Source: a virus. From it: 64,000 nucleotides of DNA. The DNA lies in the IMG/VR virus record IMGVR_UViG_3300005264_000009, positions 1 to 64,000 of that record; one strand, 5' to 3'. This document shows, one piece after another, positions 45,184-55,197 of this stretch. Position 1 is the stretch's first letter. Every line of letters starts with the position of its first letter. The notes beneath the pieces were generated by a model. That model saw nothing but the letters and a program-made list of their open reading frames with translations, had not been told where the DNA came from and did no database searches. Both the position numbers and the translations under genes were made by a program.

Positions 45184-47844
45184 ATGGATTTATTCAATAC
45201 AGCGGAATTAAACGATGCAAAAATAAAGGTAAACCCTAATCATTTACAGCCAAATTGTAAAAAATGTGATTTAAATAAAGCACCTAAAATAGAAGTTTCA
45301 GGAGAGGGTAAAAAAGAAATTCTTGTTATAGGAGAATCAACATTAAATGAGGAAATGACTTATGGAAGTGCTTTTGTTGATGATACAGGATTTCTTTTAA
45401 ATAAAATACTAAGAAAACAAAACATATCTTTAAATAAAGATTGTTGGAAAATAAATGCTGTTAAATGTTATTCACATATAAAAACCAATCATAAACAAAT
45501 AAATTGTTGCCGACCAGCATTAGAAAAACTTATATATAAATTAAAACCCAAAACAATATTATTATGTGGAGATGTGGCTGTAACATCATTATTTGGAGAA
45601 GATTTTTCTAATAGAAGTATTTTTCGTTGGAGAATGTATTGTATTCCTGATGAAAAATATAAGTGTAATATTATACCCATTTTACACCCACGTTATGTTT
45701 TAGATAATGATAAAGATAGTGGTATGTATCGACAATACGAAAGAGATGTTACAAAAGCATGTTATTTAATGAAAAGACCTTTTCTTAAAAACAAAAAGTA
45801 TGAATCTTACGTTACTGTTGTTACTGACTTTACTAAATTAAAACGTATTTTAACTAAAGTAATAAAAAACAAAACAAAAATAGCTTATGATTATGAAACT
45901 ACAGGTTTAAAACCATATAGAAATAGACAAAAAATAGTAACAATAGCATTTGCCGTAAGTATGACAAAAGCATTTGCTTTTCCATTTGATTATAAAACTT
46001 TTTGGACAGAAAAAGAACGTAATGAAATTTACACATTATGGCAAACAATTTTAAGAGATGATAAAATAAATAAAATAGCTTATAACGAAAAATTTGAAAA
46101 AATCTGGTCAATGGAAATTTTCAAAGCAAAACCCAAATGTTTTTTTGATCCTATGATAGTTTTGCACATTTTAGACAACCGTAGTGGCATATTAGGATTG
46201 AAATTCCAAACATTTGTAAATTATGGTGTAAGACCATATGATAAACATATTCAAAAATACTTAAAGGCAAAAAAAGCAAGTGATTATAACAGTGTTGAGG
46301 AAGCCCCCTTTAACGACTTATTGATTTATAATGGCTTGGATTGTATCTTTACATATATGTTATATGACGAATTAATGGGTAAATTAGGAAAAAACAGTGA
46401 ATTATTAAGTGCTTATAATTTCTTTATTCGTGGGTTAGATATTATGGCTATTATGCAACATAATGGAATACCTGCAAGTGCTGATTATTATGAACAAACA
46501 GATGTTTACTTGCACGAAAAAATACAAAAATTAGAAACAGAATTAATGACAGGTAGAGAAGCCACAAAATTTAAAGAAAAGTATAAAAGAGATATTAAAA
46601 TCAAGTCAAATCAAGACTTAGGTAAGCTGTTTTACGAGGTTTTGGGTAAGCCAGCTATAAAGACTTCTAAAGGTAATTACAAGACAGATAAACCTACCTT
46701 AGAGACACTTAAACTACCCTTTGTAGATAAACTCTTAGATATTAAAAAATACGAAAAAGCAAAGGGTACTTACTTGGGGCAATTTAAACGAGAGATTGTA
46801 AGTAATAAAATACATCCCTTTTTTAATTTACACTTACCTGTTTCATACAGATCAAGTGCAAGTAGTCCTTCATTTCAAAATATACCAAAAAGAGATCCTG
46901 AAATATCTAATTTAGTTAGAAAAGGTTTATTTGCACCTAAAAATTGTGTTATTTCAGAAACGGATTTTTCTGGAAGTGAAATTATTGGTTCTGCAAGTTG
47001 TCATCGTGATCCTAATTTTATTCATTATTTACAAAACCCTGAAACAGACATGCATAGAGATATTGCCGAAGATATTTGGCAATTACCAAAAGACATGTTA
47101 AACGATCCTAATTATAATAAGGAACAGAAAAAGAAAGCAAAAATGATAAGATTTTTTGCTAAAAATAATTGGACTTTTGCTCAATTTTATGGAGACTGGT
47201 TTCTACCTTGTGGTACAAATTTGTGGGAAAATGTTATTAATGGTAATTTAGAACTACCAACAGGTCAATCAGTACTTGATTACACAAATGAAAAAGGTAT
47301 TTACGAGCTTGGAGAGATAATACAAGGTGTTGTAACACCTGGAAGTTTTCTTGACCATCTGAAAAAAGTTGAAAAGAAAATGTGGTATGATAGATTTCCA
47401 CAATATACACAATGGAAAAATGACATATACGAGCAATATCAAGATTATGGTTATATTGAAAACCACTTTGGATTTAGATTTACGGGTTATATGTCAAAAA
47501 ATCAATGCTGTAATTATCCCATACAATCTGTTTCATTTCATCTTTTACTTGATTCTTTAATTGTATTATATAAGAGTTTACGTAAACACAAAATGAAAAC
47601 AAAATTAATAGGACAGATACATGATTCTTGCTTGGCTATTGTACCAGAAAATGAAATTGTAACATACCATACTATTGTACATGATATTATTGCTAATTTA
47701 CATAATAAATTTAAGTGGATGGTTGTTCCAATGGATTCAGAAATAGAAATATCTAAATTAGGTAAAAATGGTGGGAACTTTACTGAAATGAGTGAAATTT
47801 CTATAACAGATATTCAAGAAGGTAAATATAAAGCAATTATATAA
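45184..47844 (+). CDS. Family A DNA polymerase with N-terminal UDG-family-4-like domain and 3'-5' exonuclease
   Basis: C..C.L/GE/HP UDG-like region; DYETTG; YNGLD; DFSGSE, R..AK....F...YG, QIHDS. Confidence 0.93.
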   Translation: MDLFNTAELNDAKIKVNPNHLQPNCKKCDLNKAPKIEVSGEGKKEILVIGESTLNEEMTYGSAFVDDTGFLLNKILRKQNISLNKDCWKINAVKCYSHIKTNHKQINCCRPALEKLIYKLKPKTILLCGDVAVTSLFGEDFSNRSIFRWRMYCIPDEKYKCNIIPILHPRYVLDNDKDSGMYRQYERDVTKACYLMKRPFLKNKKYESYVTVVTDFTKLKRILTKVIKNKTKIAYDYETTGLKPYRNRQKIVTIAFAVSMTKAFAFPFDYKTFWTEKERNEIYTLWQTILRDDKINKIAYNEKFEKIWSMEIFKAKPKCFFDPMIVLHILDNRSGILGLKFQTFVNYGVRPYDKHIQKYLKAKKASDYNSVEEAPFNDLLIYNGLDCIFTYMLYDELMGKLGKNSELLSAYNFFIRGLDIMAIMQHNGIPASADYYEQTDVYLHEKIQKLETELMTGREATKFKEKYKRDIKIKSNQDLGKLFYEVLGKPAIKTSKGNYKTDKPTLETLKLPFVDKLLDIKKYEKAKGTYLGQFKREIVSNKIHPFFNLHLPVSYRSSASSPSFQNIPKRDPEISNLVRKGLFAPKNCVISETDFSGSEIIGSASCHRDPNFIHYLQNPETDMHRDIAEDIWQLPKDMLNDPNYNKEQKKKAKMIRFFAKNNWTFAQFYGDWFLPCGTNLWENVINGNLELPTGQSVLDYTNEKGIYELGEIIQGVVTPGSFLDHLKKVEKKMWYDRFPQYTQWKNDIYEQYQDYGYIENHFGFRFTGYMSKNQCCNYPIQSVSFHLLLDSLIVLYKSLRKHKMKTKLIGQIHDSCLAIVPENEIVTYHTIVHDIIANLHNKFKWMVVPMDSEIEISKLGKNGGNFTEMSEISITDIQEGKYKAII

Positions 47845-47856
47845 AAGGAGAGATAA

Positions 47857-48900
47857 ATGAAAAATTACAAATTAACAAATCATGTTAAACAGATAGAAGT
47901 ATTTAACAATGGCAAAAAAGAGATTAAAACACTATATCAAATACAAGCTATTAAAGATATTGGTGATATAAAAAAAGGTCAATTAGGTGGTTATATTGAA
48001 AAAGAAAGTAATTTATCAGGTAATGCTTGGGTTTACCCATATGCAGTAGTTTATGATAATGCTATAGTTTCTGGGATGGCAAGAATACTGCACATTTCTA
48101 AAGTGTATGGTAATGCTATTATCACACATAATGCAAAAGTGTTTCATGATGCTCAAGTATATGGAAGTGCTATAATACGTGATGATGCTACTGTAGGTGG
48201 TGTTGCCCGTGTTTATGATAATGCCATAATTACAGGAAGTGTTGAAATTGTTGGTGCTAAAGTATTTAATTGTGCACAAGTAGAAGATAATGCACGTATT
48301 TATAATAGTGCTAAAGTATATGGTGATAGTCGGGTTTATCAAAATGCTGTAGTAGCATCTAATGCAAAAATTTTTGGATATAGTGAAATTTATGGTAATG
48401 CAAAAATTTATGGTAATGCTAAGGTTTATGATATAGCCGAAGTTTTTGGAAATGCTTTAGTTTTTGATAACGCTTGTATTTACAATAGTGCTAAAGTATA
48501 TGGTAATAGTGAAGTTTGTGGAAATGCTGAAATTTTTGATCATGCAGAAGTTTACGGAAAAGGAAAAGTATCTTGTTATTCTAAAGTTCATAATAATGAT
48601 GTTATTATAAGTAATTTAAACACAAAAAATAAAACAAAAGAAAAACAAGATGTAACAAGTATTATAAAGAAAAAAAGACACAATATTAATGATGAAGTTT
48701 GGCTTATCAGAGATGCTAAAGTAAAAAAATTAATTGTTTTTGAAGTTATAGAAAGAATGTCTGATGCTTTCTATAATAATGAAATTGATACTATTTATAA
48801 GTTAAGTAAAACAAGAGAGGATTGGAATAATAGTATATATGAGACATATAAAGAGAGATATGTTTTTGGAAGTAAACAAGAATTAATTGCTTCTTTATAA
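47857..48900 (+). CDS. LbH hexapeptide-repeat protein with C-terminal domain
   Basis: QIQAIKD..KKGQLGGYIEKESNL, xNAxVY repeats. Confidence 0.88.
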   Translation: MKNYKLTNHVKQIEVFNNGKKEIKTLYQIQAIKDIGDIKKGQLGGYIEKESNLSGNAWVYPYAVVYDNAIVSGMARILHISKVYGNAIITHNAKVFHDAQVYGSAIIRDDATVGGVARVYDNAIITGSVEIVGAKVFNCAQVEDNARIYNSAKVYGDSRVYQNAVVASNAKIFGYSEIYGNAKIYGNAKVYDIAEVFGNALVFDNACIYNSAKVYGNSEVCGNAEIFDHAEVYGKGKVSCYSKVHNNDVIISNLNTKNKTKEKQDVTSIIKKKRHNINDEVWLIRDAKVKKLIVFEVIERMSDAFYNNEIDTIYKLSKTREDWNNSIYETYKERYVFGSKQELIASL

Positions 48901-48914
48901 AAAGGAAGTAGAAT

Positions 48915-49060
48915 TGAACTTACAGATATTTGCCATGATTGTAAAATGTTACTATTTGTTTTGATGATAGTGATGAAATAACTATTACAAATAATACTAT
49001 TTATCAACCACCCAAAAAAGTGTATTATTTTATAAGTGTAATGTTTGTTATAATAAAAAG
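48915..49060 (+). pseudogene. Degenerate duplicate of part of the 49086 gene
   Basis: CATGATTGTAAAA, TGAAATAACTATTACA, TTTATCAACC, TTATTTTATAAGTGTAAT recur in order at ~49158-49295. Confidence 0.6.
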
Positions 49061-49085
49061 AAATATTTATAAAAAAGGAAATAAA

Positions 49086-49436
49086 ATGAAATTAGAAACA
49101 ATAAGAAAGTATTTTAAAGACAATGATGCAAATCAAATTATATTTTCAGGTAATTGTCATGATTGTAAAAAAGACGTTTTTGTTTATTGTAATCTTGATG
49201 ATGAAGGTGAAATAACTATTACAGGTGGAGCAGTTTATCAACCTGAAAATTTAAACCGTGAACCTAAAAAATTATTTTATAAGTGTAATATTTGTTACGA
49301 TAAAAATAAAACATTGGAAAAATATAATCCTTGTGAAGTTTATTCAAGAATTGTAGGTTATTTACGTCCAATTAATCAGTGGAATAAAGGTAAACTGGCT
49401 GAATGGGATGAAAGGGTTGAATTTAAAAAAATATAA
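49086..49436 (+). CDS. NrdD C-terminal (glycyl-radical) like small protein with zinc ribbon
   Basis: CHDC..CNIC..CEVYSRIVGYLRP..WNKGK.AE..ER. Confidence 0.7.
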   Translation: MKLETIRKYFKDNDANQIIFSGNCHDCKKDVFVYCNLDDEGEITITGGAVYQPENLNREPKKLFYKCNICYDKNKTLEKYNPCEVYSRIVGYLRPINQWNKGKLAEWDERVEFKKI

Positions 49437-49454
49437 AATTAAATTAAAAAATTC

Positions 49455-49483
49455 TTGACAACTGATTAAAAACCTGTTATATT
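49455..49483 (+). promoter_or_regulatory. sigma70-type promoter
   Basis: TTGACA-17-TATATT; related copies at 50010, 58756, 59696, 62642. Confidence 0.7.
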
Positions 49484-49543
49484 CTTAATAAAGTGAAACA
49501 AAGAATAAACACAACATAGTTGATTATATATGAAAGGGTGATT

Positions 49544-49753
49544 ATGTACGAGGCAACAAAATCAGAGCGTGAAAAATTAATAGAAGTATATGATTACACA
49601 CATGAAGCAATCAACAAACTTGATATTGCAAGTGATAAAGTTAGGAAAGGAATAACTATCGATTTTATGTTGGCTACTATTGTTTGTGAATATCAGTCAA
49701 AACTACAGAGAATACGTAAATCTAAAAAAAACTGGTGGCAATTTTGGTTGTAA
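49544..49753 (+). CDS. Hypothetical protein
   Basis: AAGGG RBS; ends KKNWWQFWL. Confidence 0.6.
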   Translation: MYEATKSEREKLIEVYDYTHEAINKLDIASDKVRKGITIDFMLATIVCEYQSKLQRIRKSKKNWWQFWL

Positions 49754-50013
49754 ATGAATTATACGATAAAGATACAGAAAAAATAGATGCAAAGAAGTTA
49801 CACACTTTTTTAAACATTGAAACAAGTTATTTTGATTGGTTTAATGAAGAGGTTGAAAATAAAACTATAATTAGTGTTTCTTCAAATTCTACTTGGGAAG
49901 TCAAGTCTGGATTTTTTATGTCTATTCAGGATGCAAAAAATATAACAATGAAAGTGAAAAATTACAGAGGGTATAAGGCAATTAATTTTTTAAATACGTT
50001 AAAAACTTCTTGA
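49735..50013 (+). CDS. AntA/AntB antirepressor-like protein
   Basis: IDAKKLHTFL.I.T.Y.DW, S...AK.I.M. Confidence 0.65.
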   Translation: MAILVVNELYDKDTEKIDAKKLHTFLNIETSYFDWFNEEVENKTIISVSSNSTWEVKSGFFMSIQDAKNITMKVKNYRGYKAINFLNTLKTS

Positions 50014-50082
50014 CTTTTTAATAAAAACGTGTTATACGTAGTTATAACAATCAATAATAACATTTACGAAAGGATTTTGCTT

Positions 50083-50946
50083 ATGAAAAGTGACTCACAC
50101 TTCATTCTAACAAGTTTTGTTAGACAAGTAGAAGTTGTTAAAAATGGTAAAAAAGAAAATATATACTTACGACAAATACAAGCTATTAAAGATTTTGGTT
50201 ATGTAAAAAAAGGTCAATTAGGTGGGTATATTGAAAAAGAAAGTAATTTAAAAGATAGAGCTTGGGTATATAATAATGCATGTGTTTATAATAATGCTGT
50301 AGTATCTGAAAATGCACATATACAACATAATACACGAGTTTTTGGGAGTGCACAAGTACGAAATAATGCTATAATATCTGGAAGTGCATATATTTATGAT
50401 AATGCAATGGTATATGGGAATGCCATGGTATATGGAAATGCAAAAATATATAATAGTGCTAAAATTTTTGATCGATCAAAAATTTATGGGAATGCAATGG
50501 TATATGGAAATGCAATGGTATATGGAAATGCAAAAATATATAATAGTGCTAAAATTTTTGATCGATCAAAAATTTATGGGAATGCACAGGTTTATGATAT
50601 TTCACTGGTATATGGAAAAGCTAAAATTTCTGGTAATACACATGTTTTTGGTGATGCAGAGGTATATCGTGATGATCTAATTTACGATGATATTATTAAT
50701 AAAGAAGTAAACAAACAGTGTTCAAAAGTAAAACATAAAATATTTGATCACGTTTGGGTAATAGTAAATAATAAAATAAAAAAGTTATCTATATTTCTAA
50801 TTAAAGAAGTTGCTGTTTCATTTGATGAAACACAAATATTTTATGAATTAAGTGAATCAATGGATCAGTGGCGAAAAGATAATTACGTAAACGTGCAAGC
50901 AGATCTTCTTTTTCAATCAAAAGAGGATTTAATAAAATCTTTATAA
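50083..50946 (+). CDS. LbH hexapeptide-repeat protein, paralogue of 47857
   Basis: QIQAIKD..KKGQLGGYIEKESNL; near-exact 90-nt tandem duplication 50401-50580. Confidence 0.88.
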   Translation: MKSDSHFILTSFVRQVEVVKNGKKENIYLRQIQAIKDFGYVKKGQLGGYIEKESNLKDRAWVYNNACVYNNAVVSENAHIQHNTRVFGSAQVRNNAIISGSAYIYDNAMVYGNAMVYGNAKIYNSAKIFDRSKIYGNAMVYGNAMVYGNAKIYNSAKIFDRSKIYGNAQVYDISLVYGKAKISGNTHVFGDAEVYRDDLIYDDIINKEVNKQCSKVKHKIFDHVWVIVNNKIKKLSIFLIKEVAVSFDETQIFYELSESMDQWRKDNYVNVQADLLFQSKEDLIKSL

Positions 50947-50959
50947 AAAGGGGATTAAT

Positions 50960-51202
50960 ATGAGTAAAACTATATCAATAACAATACCAGATCAATTAGA
51001 AGCCAAACTACAATTAAGTGCTGATAAAGCTGGTATATCAAGATCAAGATATATAGGTAATTTATTACTACAATGGGGTGAACATCAAAGAGAAACCTTA
51101 AATTGTAAGTATAGGAATGATAAAGACGGAACGTGTCTTACTTCCTATAAAGATTTGTGTACTACAAATATTATGGAAACTTGTAGAATGAGAACAACAT
51201 AA
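50960..51202 (+). CDS. Ribbon-helix-helix protein with Cys-rich tail
   Basis: KTISITIPDQL...L...A...GISRSRYI. Confidence 0.75.
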   Translation: MSKTISITIPDQLEAKLQLSADKAGISRSRYIGNLLLQWGEHQRETLNCKYRNDKDGTCLTSYKDLCTTNIMETCRMRTT

Positions 51203-51213
51203 AGGTATAAAAT

Positions 51214-53526
51214 ATGTCATTACAACATGATTACAGACCAAAATCTTTTAAAACTTTTGTTGGTAATAAAAGTACTATTGAATCAATCCAAAGTGTAATT
51301 AAAAAGAACCCACCAAGAGCTTTTTTAATTACTGGAAATTCGGGATGCGGCAAATGTGTATCAGATGATACTTATATTTTTTCAGAATTAGGTATGAAAA
51401 CAATAAAGTCATTTGCACCTAATGCTCCTTTAGGTTTTTCTGATTTACAAATAAGTGTGGCTTCTAAAAATGAAATAGATACCACATCACATTTTTATAA
51501 AGAAGAAAATTGTGAAACTAAAAAAATTGTAACAGAATATGGGTATGGTGTTACAGGAACATATAAACACCCTGTGCTTGTTTATGATGTTGATAAAGCA
51601 GAACATGTGTATAAACATTTAAAAGATGTAAAAACAACAGATTATACATGTATAAACAGAGATATTAATTTATTTTCAAAAAGTAATTCTCCTTTATACT
51701 TTTCTTATGTGAAAGATAAAATGGATGGGAATGGACACACATTCAGATCACCTTGTGAAGTTAATTGTGCTTTATCAGCTATATTAGGGTATTTAATAGC
51801 TAATGGATCACAAAACAAAAACAAAAACAAATCGAGTGGTTTTTTATTTTCATCAAATTCAAGTAAAATACAAGCTGATTTTGTAAATAAATGTGATGAA
51901 TTACACGTAGATGGTTGTACAACATCTGTAAGTAATAGTAATAGTAATATATGTGGTGTATGTAGAGTAAGTAACACTCAATTTGCTACATTTATAAATA
52001 CACTATTTAAAACAGGATTCCAAACAGCAAGGTATAAAGTAGTTCCTAATTGTATTTTAGAATCAAAGAAAGAAATGCAAAGAATATTTTTAAGAACACT
52101 TTTTGATTGTGATTCTTACTTTAGTGGTATGGTTTTTGAATATTATACTGCATCCGAAGTACTTGCTAAACAAGTTCATTTAATATTATTAAATTTTGGT
52201 ATAGTTTCTAAATTAAAACCAAAAACAGATGTTAAAATCAAAACAAAAGTCTATGATCATACTTATTGGACTGTGGCTGTTGGGTCACAAAATTTGGATT
52301 TTTTATGGAAAACTATTTTATTTGATAGTTTAAAATATGACAAATTAAAAAAAGTAATAAGAAATCCTAATAACGACATTATACCAAATTTAGGTTTGTA
52401 CATTAAAACTTATATTTCAAAATATTTAAAAGTGAATAAAAGTGGTAAATTTAAAATAGGTGGTAAATATTTTTCTAATAAATTATTTGTTGGTGCAAAT
52501 ATATATGATGGTATGACATTTGAAAGATTGGAAAAATTAATAGATAATTTTTCTAAAATGCCTGAATTAAAAGAATTATCTATTTTAAAACAACAATTAA
52601 GTGACATATACACAAATCATTACTATTATGATAAAATAAAAACTATATCAGAGGATAAAAAACAAACAGTGTATGATTTTACAATACCTAAAACACACTC
52701 ATTTATTGGTGGTGGGATTGTGAATCATAATTCAACTTTGTCATATATTATTGCCAAAGCATTAGGTTGTTCCAAAATGGATTTTGTTAAAAAAGATGCA
52801 TCATCTGATAGAACGATTGCAGGCATAAAAAAATTAAAAGAAGATTGCCAATTTTTACCAATGGTGGGCAAAAAGAAAGTTTTTCTTTTAGAAGAGTTTA
52901 ATAATGTACCAAAAATATCACAACAGGCATTATTAGATACTTTAGAAAATCCACCAAAACATGTACACTTTATAATTTGTACAACCAACCCTGAAAACTT
53001 ATTAGATACAGTAGTACGTAGATGCCATAATTATAAATTACTACCATTAAAAGATGCACAAGTAAGAAAAAACATTCTATTACGTACAATTAAAAAAGAA
53101 AAAGTAACAACCGTTCCTGATACCGTATTAGATAAAATTATTGACTTATCTGATGGATCACCAGGAATTGCTTTAAAGTACTTAGATCTTGTAATAGACC
53201 AAACAGATGAAAAAAAAGCTATAAGTGTTTTACAAAGTGCAGGTGCAGATAATACAGAGATAATTGAAATTTGCAGAGTTCTTTGTCAATTTCAAATGAG
53301 TGCTAAAAACCGATGGTATAAATTAAAGAATTTATTGAAAAAGTTTGATGGTGATCCTGAAAGTTCAAGAAGAGCTGTATTAGGTTATTTAACCAAAGTT
53401 ATACTTAATTCAGATGAGGAAGATGTTGTTTTTATGGCAGAAAAATTTGAAAAGAATTTTTTTGATTCAGGAAAAAATGGTTTTATTATAGCTTGTAAAA
53501 AAGCTGTCATGGAGATAAGTGAATGA
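51214..53526 (+). CDS. Clamp loader AAA+ subunit (DnaX/RFC-like) with intein
   Basis: YRPKSF..FVGN, GNSGCGK|S, LLEEF, QQALL..LENPP, RRC. Confidence 0.9.
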   Translation: MSLQHDYRPKSFKTFVGNKSTIESIQSVIKKNPPRAFLITGNSGCGKCVSDDTYIFSELGMKTIKSFAPNAPLGFSDLQISVASKNEIDTTSHFYKEENCETKKIVTEYGYGVTGTYKHPVLVYDVDKAEHVYKHLKDVKTTDYTCINRDINLFSKSNSPLYFSYVKDKMDGNGHTFRSPCEVNCALSAILGYLIANGSQNKNKNKSSGFLFSSNSSKIQADFVNKCDELHVDGCTTSVSNSNSNICGVCRVSNTQFATFINTLFKTGFQTARYKVVPNCILESKKEMQRIFLRTLFDCDSYFSGMVFEYYTASEVLAKQVHLILLNFGIVSKLKPKTDVKIKTKVYDHTYWTVAVGSQNLDFLWKTILFDSLKYDKLKKVIRNPNNDIIPNLGLYIKTYISKYLKVNKSGKFKIGGKYFSNKLFVGANIYDGMTFERLEKLIDNFSKMPELKELSILKQQLSDIYTNHYYYDKIKTISEDKKQTVYDFTIPKTHSFIGGGIVNHNSTLSYIIAKALGCSKMDFVKKDASSDRTIAGIKKLKEDCQFLPMVGKKKVFLLEEFNNVPKISQQALLDTLENPPKHVHFIICTTNPENLLDTVVRRCHNYKLLPLKDAQVRKNILLRTIKKEKVTTVPDTVLDKIIDLSDGSPGIALKYLDLVIDQTDEKKAISVLQSAGADNTEIIEICRVLCQFQMSAKNRWYKLKNLLKKFDGDPESSRRAVLGYLTKVILNSDEEDVVFMAEKFEKNFFDSGKNGFIIACKKAVMEISE
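51355..52731 (+). mobile_element. Intein with LAGLIDADG-like endonuclease (459 aa)
   Basis: CVSDDT start, TxxHP block B, LGYLIANG and LFDCDS, VNHN|S end. Confidence 0.93.
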
Positions 53527-53729
53527 TTCGTTGTAAAAATTGCAAATCATTTGAAAGAGCTATATGGCATTCATGTATGACAAAAAAAGAAGAAGAGCAA
53601 CAATTTGGTGGTTTTTGTGTATTACTAAAAGAGGCATTAGGATTAACTAATGTTGATTTACGTTTTCAAAAAACACTTTATGTTATGGAGTCTTTCGGTT
53701 GTGTTTTAGGTAAGGAGAGATTAGAATGA
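53523..53729 (+). CDS. Small Cys-containing protein
   Basis: CKNC..C..FGC. Confidence 0.6.
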   Translation: MIRCKNCKSFERAIWHSCMTKKEEEQQFGGFCVLLKEALGLTNVDLRFQKTLYVMESFGCVLGKERLE

Positions 53730-54232
53730 AAAATGCAATAAGAAATTATGATGAGGACATAAAAATTAATGAAAATAATATAGAGGAAATGTGGTTAGAA
53801 CAGCCAAGTTTAAATATGTATTATAATGATTTATATGCTGCATCCATCTTTGTAAGAGATAGGTGTAAAATACAAACAGAATATATATATGCACAATTAG
53901 ATACAAAAATCAGGCAAGATTGGAAATCATTTGGGTTTGAAAGTAAACCAACTGAAACAGCCATTAAAAATAAAATTCTTATGCAAGATGAATATAAAAA
54001 AATAATATACAAAACATTAAAAGCATCTAAAGATGCCAATTTAATGGCAGGAGTTAAAACAAGTTTTGAACATAGAAAACATGCTTTAAGTAATATTGTT
54101 TCTTTAAGGATTTCAGGGTTTCATTCAGAACCACGAAATATAATAAAGGACATAAAAAATAAAAAAGTTAGTGAGAATCATTTAATGCAAAAACAAAATT
54201 TAAAAAGGAGGAAAAAGAAACAAAAAGATTAA
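53726..54232 (+). CDS. UvsY-like recombination mediator
   Basis: Helical, KPTETAIKN.I, FEHRK.AL; lies next to SSB and RecA. Confidence 0.55.
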   Translation: MKNAIRNYDEDIKINENNIEEMWLEQPSLNMYYNDLYAASIFVRDRCKIQTEYIYAQLDTKIRQDWKSFGFESKPTETAIKNKILMQDEYKKIIYKTLKASKDANLMAGVKTSFEHRKHALSNIVSLRISGFHSEPRNIIKDIKNKKVSENHLMQKQNLKRRKKKQKD

Positions 54233-54286
54233 GTTTAATTGACCATTAATGAGTCCAACAAACAAAAAAATTTAAAGGAGAATAAC

Positions 54287-55189
54287 ATGAGTTTTAGAGA
54301 CAGAATGAGAAAAAAAAGAAAAAGTATTAGTACAAGACACCAAAAAACACAAAAAAAAAGTGGTAGTAGATTCCCTACATTTTTTAAAAAAGAAGCAATA
54401 CCAGAAGGTATTGAATTTTTTACATCCAAAGAGGGTGAGCACATAATTGATATAATCCCTTGGGAGGTTGGTAAAGATATGCCTTTTGACGAAAATGATC
54501 AACCAATTACAGAGGAGGGTGATCTGGATTATGTTTTGGATTTAGAAGTCCATATGAATGTGGGTTCTATGAAAGCACCTTTTATTTGCCCTTATGAAAA
54601 TTTTGGTAAACCTTGTCCTATTTGTGAGTATATAAAGGCAAATAGATTGCCAAAGGAAGAGTGGTCAGCATTAAGAACAAAACGAAGAGTTTTATATCTT
54701 GTATGGGTACATGACAGTCGTGAGGAAGAGAAAAAAGGTTTACAAATTTTTCACGCTTCACATTATCTTATGGAAGAAAAACTTGCAGAAGTTGCAAAAT
54801 TACCAAGAGGTGGTGGTTACGAAGAGTTTTCGGATTTCGATAATGGTAAATCTATTGTTTGGACAAGAAAAGGGGCTGGTAGAGATACAACATATATTGG
54901 ACATAAATTAATTGATAGAGATAGAAAAATACCTGATGCTATTTTAGATAAAGCATTCCCTCTTGATAGTATTGTAAAAATGCACCCAACATATGAAGAA
55001 ATAGATTCAGCTTTTCACGGCACATCTGAATCTGATGAAGCTCCTTATATTGAACAACAAGAAGAAGAAACAAAACCATCTCGCAGACGTAAAAAGAAAA
55101 AGAAAAAAACTGTAAGAACATATGAACCTGTAGATGAACCTACAGAGGAAGACTATGAAGATTATGATGATGATGACATACCATTTTAA
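54287..55189 (+). CDS. Single-stranded DNA-binding protein (gp32-like)
   Basis: H..., CP...GKPCPICE zinc motif; acidic DDDDIPF tail. Confidence 0.8.
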   Translation: MSFRDRMRKKRKSISTRHQKTQKKSGSRFPTFFKKEAIPEGIEFFTSKEGEHIIDIIPWEVGKDMPFDENDQPITEEGDLDYVLDLEVHMNVGSMKAPFICPYENFGKPCPICEYIKANRLPKEEWSALRTKRRVLYLVWVHDSREEEKKGLQIFHASHYLMEEKLAEVAKLPRGGGYEEFSDFDNGKSIVWTRKGAGRDTTYIGHKLIDRDRKIPDAILDKAFPLDSIVKMHPTYEEIDSAFHGTSESDEAPYIEQQEEETKPSRRRKKKKKKTVRTYEPVDEPTEEDYEDYDDDDIPF

Positions 55190-55197
55190 GGTGAGTT

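Noticed and set aside
50384-50680. Alternative-frame MQWYM repeat ORF
   Set aside because: Frame-shifted shadow of the hexapeptide repeats; no RBS.
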